From Phycisphaerae bacterium (lineage in GTDB: Bacteria > Planctomycetota > Phycisphaerae > Phycisphaerales > Phycisphaeraceae), in assembly GCA_963577075.1 (NCBI GenBank), contig CAUYYV010000001.1, positions 1-38,400 of the forward strand: a stretch of 38,400 nt of DNA, given 5' to 3'. The position numbers and the translations under genes were made by a program. A model generated the notes under the pieces. The model worked only from the letters and a program-made list of their open reading frames with translations. It was not told the DNA's origin and did not search any database. This document shows positions 35,738-38,400 of the stretch, in pieces; the stretch's first letter is position 1, and each line of letters starts with the position of its first letter.

Positions 35738-36802
35738 TCAATGCCGCGATTCGACTTGTTCGATCAATTTGTCCCAGACCATTTCGACACTGACTCGCGA
35801 GATCAATGACTGGTCATCGCGGTGGCGGCGATAGCGGGAGAGGTTCATGTGATCGATGCCCGGCGGTTGCACAACCGTTTCGCCTCGGCGGTAAGGACCG
35901 ACAAGGGAGGGATCGGTCGGACCGAAGATGGTGACGATCGGTCGATTGAACCCCACCGCCACGTGCAGCGGCGCCGAGTCGTTGCACAGGAGCAGGGTTG
36001 CCCGGCTGACCACGGCCATCATCTGCCCAACGGTCGTGACGGGGAACAACACCCGATCGCCAAGGGCATCGACAAGCGGTTGCGCGTTGGCGCGTTCGTC
36101 CGGCGCGCTGAGCGCAATGATGCGTCGACCGAGATGGCCGGCGTCGAGCAACCTCTTCGCGATCGTGATATAGCTGTCAATCGGCCAACACTTGCACCGC
36201 CAGCGCGCTGTGGGTGCGATTGTAACGAACGGCTCATCTTCACCGATATGCTGGAGAAGATACCGCTCGCCCCACTGTGCATCTGCATCGGCCAGATACA
36301 GGCGCAGGTCGTGCTGCGGCTGGCAGCCTTCGGCCGCGAGCAGCGCGAGCATGCGATCGACCGCGTGCAGATTGCCATCGACGTGGTGCCCGCTGTTGTA
36401 CGCCCGATGTGCCGTTTCCCGCGCGTTGGCGTAACCGACTCGCTGTGGCGCGCGGGTAAGCCGGGTGAACAGGCCCGATCGAAACAAGCCCTGCAGATCG
36501 ATGGCCAGATCATAGCCCGGCCCGCGAAGCCGGCGTGACCATGCGATCGCTTCGCGCAGCCGCCATGGGCGCCGCCACATCGCTGCGAATCGATCGCGTG
36601 GAAACTTAATCACGCCATTGAGATCCCGATGTGCAACGACGGCATCAGCAAACGTCTCATTGACCAGCCAGTCAATCCGAGCTGACGGCAGGGTGTGGCG
36701 GAGGGTGACCAGTGCTGGCACCGTGCGGCAGACATCGCCCAGTGCCGACGGGCGCACGATCAACACACGCTTCGGATTATCAGTCCAACACATCGACGGC
36801 AT
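35738..36802 (-). CDS. Glycosyltransferase family 9 (heptosyltransferase-like), 354 aa
   Basis: The N-terminus RVLIVRPSALGDV is typical of GT9. Also present: KCWP, and CNDSAPLHVAVGFNRPIVTIFGPTDP (the GT9 C-terminal nucleotide-sugar motif). Confidence 0.8.
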   Translation of the reverse strand: MPSMCWTDNPKRVLIVRPSALGDVCRTVPALVTLRHTLPSARIDWLVNETFADAVVAHRDLNGVIKFPRDRFAAMWRRPWRLREAIAWSRRLRGPGYDLAIDLQGLFRSGLFTRLTRAPQRVGYANARETAHRAYNSGHHVDGNLHAVDRMLALLAAEGCQPQHDLRLYLADADAQWGERYLLQHIGEDEPFVTIAPTARWRCKCWPIDSYITIAKRLLDAGHLGRRIIALSAPDERANAQPLVDALGDRVLFPVTTVGQMMAVVSRATLLLCNDSAPLHVAVGFNRPIVTIFGPTDPSLVGPYRRGETVVQPPGIDHMNLSRYRRHRDDQSLISRVSVEMVWDKLIEQVESRH

Positions 36803-36875
36803 GGAACGCTAATATAGTCACATTCGCCGGCGGCACGCTGCGGCCACGCCGCCCGTGGATGGTAAGGGACACATT

Positions 36876-37406
36876 ATGGTGTGCATGCGGCAATCGATCG
36901 TCGTGCTACTGGGTATGATCTCGCTCGCAGCGGGTTGCGACGGAGGTGCCCCCCCCATCGAGACGTTTGCCAAGAACTGGAACGATGCGATCAACAGCGA
37001 ACGATACGATCAACTATTTGAATTGCTCGATGCCATCTCCCGGCGCGAGATCGACTACGAACTAAAACAATTGCGAGGCCTGGCCGAGACGGATCAGCAG
37101 TACCTGCTCGATCATCTCGGCGGTGAACGGATTGACAGCCTGCGAGATTTGACGGCGAGCAAGTATTTCGCGCGCAAATGGCGATTGGTGTTGCGAGGCC
37201 GCAACCCGAAGATGAAAATCACCGCCCACGGCGGCGGTCTTGGCGAGATGACGCTCGAACTGGACAAGTCCCGCCGATTGCGCGTGGAACTGAAGATCGA
37301 AGCGGAGAAGTGGGTCTGGCGGCTGCCTCGTCAGCGACTGATCGATCCGTTGATCATGAGGGATGGCTCCGCTGCGCCACGCCGCGAAGCACGCGGCAGG
37401 GATTAA
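36876..37406 (+). CDS. Hypothetical lipoprotein, about 176 aa
   Basis: The lipobox signal is MVCMRQSIVVLLGMISLAAGC|DGG. Its stop is 4 nt before the next gene's ATG. I recognise no domain. Confidence 0.5.
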   Translation: MVCMRQSIVVLLGMISLAAGCDGGAPPIETFAKNWNDAINSERYDQLFELLDAISRREIDYELKQLRGLAETDQQYLLDHLGGERIDSLRDLTASKYFARKWRLVLRGRNPKMKITAHGGGLGEMTLELDKSRRLRVELKIEAEKWVWRLPRQRLIDPLIMRDGSAAPRREARGRD

Positions 37407-37410
37407 CGAC

Positions 37411-38194
37411 GATGTCGACACTGAATGATCACGTCACACTCGTGACCGGCGGCGGCCGTGGCATCGGGCGGGCCGTTGCGTTGGCGTTTGCAGCCGAGGG
37501 CGCAAGAGTCGCGATCACGGCGCGCAACACGGACGAATTGAACCAGGTGACGCGCCACATCAAGGAAACCGGCGGCGAGGCGATGGCGGTGTGTGCCGAC
37601 TTGGCCGACCGTGCCGCCCCTGTCACGGTTGTTAAACAGGTGCGCGATCGCTTTGGGCCGATCGACGTGCTGGTCAATAATGCCGGCATCGGCAGCAGTG
37701 CCAAGCCAATGCCGGTTGCCGAGTTCGATGACGATTTTTGGGACCTGACGATGGCGGTCAATCTGACGGCGCCGTACCTGCTTTCCAAACTCGTGTTGAC
37801 CGACATGCTGGCACGTAAACACGGGCGGATCATCATGATTGCCTCGATCAACGGTAAGATCGGCAGTTTTCACGGGGCAGCGTATGCGGCGAGCAAGCAC
37901 GGCGTGCTTGGGTTGATGCGCACGCTGGCGATGGAATTGGCTGGCGAAGGCGTCACCGTCAACGCAATCTGTCCGGGGCCCGTACGCTCGCGAATGAACG
38001 ATCGTCGTGTCGAGTACGACGCGCAACGTCGCGGTCGGACATTCGAGCAGGAGGCGCGGGCGAGCACGCCAATCGGCCGCCGGCTTGAGCCGGAGGAGAT
38101 CGCGCCCTTGGCAGTTTACTTGGCCGGCGATGCCGCCGCCGCCGTCACCGGTCAGGCGTTTAACATTGACGGGGGGATCCTGATGGCAAGCTGA
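37411..38194 (+). CDS. Short-chain dehydrogenase/reductase (FabG-like), 261 aa
   Basis: Cofactor motif TGGGRGIGRA, NNAG, and catalytic S...YxxxK (YAASKHG), followed by PGPVRS. I chose the ATG at 37411; the ORF-track extension to 37178 overlaps the upstream lipoprotein gene in another frame. Confidence 0.85.
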
Positions 38195-38400
38195 TCTACG
38201 GAAAGGATAGATATGTCACGTGCGATCAGGCGTCACTGCAACTGGCGGCAATGGTGGATGGGCCGGATCATGCCGTAATTGATGCCGGATGTCGACCGGC
38301 CGTGCTCTATCGGCATCGCAAGGTAAGGGAGTCAGTCACCAAACATCTTGATAGAACGCGGGTCTTCAGCCCGTGCTTCTAAGCGCTGGCCGCACGTTTT

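Noticed and set aside
309-38026. Many other long overlapping or antisense ORFs in the track (e.g. 309-959, 4092-5048, 16214-16924, 17887-18645, 18839-19729, 20654-21418, 26882-27472, 27955-28590, 29128-30420, 32990-33793, 35822-36538, 37403-38026)
   Set aside because: Each lies inside, and out of frame with or antisense to, a gene supported by strong family motifs. Their products are Arg/Pro/Gly/Ala-rich with no motifs, which is typical of GC-driven spurious ORFs.
38213-38278. A 21-codon ORF with a good GGAAAGGA SD after the SDR gene, and a 22-codon minus-strand ORF fragment entering from the window end (38332-38400)
   Set aside because: Both are too short, with no recognisable features. The minus-strand fragment cannot be evaluated without sequence beyond the window.
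1-38400. A search for tRNA T-arm signatures (GGTTCGAATCC-like), CRISPR-like regular repeats, IS inverted repeats / transposases, integrases, and toxin-antitoxin or restriction-modification genes
   Set aside because: Nothing convincing was found. GTTCGA-like strings occur only inside well-supported CDSs, and no spaced direct-repeat arrays or mobile-element genes are visible.

Overview
A 38.4-kb, gene-dense, high-GC (roughly 60% by eye) bacterial chromosomal segment with about 29 protein-coding genes on both strands. I found no rRNA, tRNA, CRISPR array, transposase/integrase, prophage or recognisable defence genes. Gene content and layout suggest a Planctomycetota-like organism, but this is inference only: complex I genes are scattered as single genes, there is a giant secreted ORF, and pilus ATPases and an HTH-REC regulator are present. 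Left to right the window holds: (i) a minus-strand pilus/secretion ATPase block, pilB-like -> pilT -> [308-bp AT-richer gap] -> pilB/gspE-like -> pilC/gspF, the last truncated at the window start. (ii) A lipoprotein gene, then a probable minus-strand operon of an unknown 762-aa protein, a HAD phosphatase and a phosphohexomutase. (iii) moeA-moaD, an orphan HTH-receiver response regulator, adk and a solitary nuoA. (iv) A 6.3-kb ORF for a 2,101-aa secreted protein with no domain I can name. (v) An oxidoreductase-rich cluster: two PhyH-type dioxygenases, a YghZ-like aldo/keto reductase, a cupin, a Zn alcohol dehydrogenase and an agmatine deiminase. (vi) A solitary nuoI, pepA, a secreted HEAT-like protein, a YlbF-like protein, RNase R, lgt, a GT9 glycosyltransferase, a lipoprotein and an SDR. 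Most of this is housekeeping. The leads worth follow-up are the giant ORF, the oxidoreductase cluster of unknown substrate, the unknown 762-aa protein linked to sugar-phosphate enzymes, and the dual MshEN-type ATPases. Smaller leads are nucleotide-level oddities: clustered TCGATCGA palindromes, a perfect 21-bp duplication in nuoA, structured long intergenic regions and apparent CGATCG over-representation. I cannot show that any of these is a new system. All functional calls rest on motifs I recognise by eye, not on database searches.
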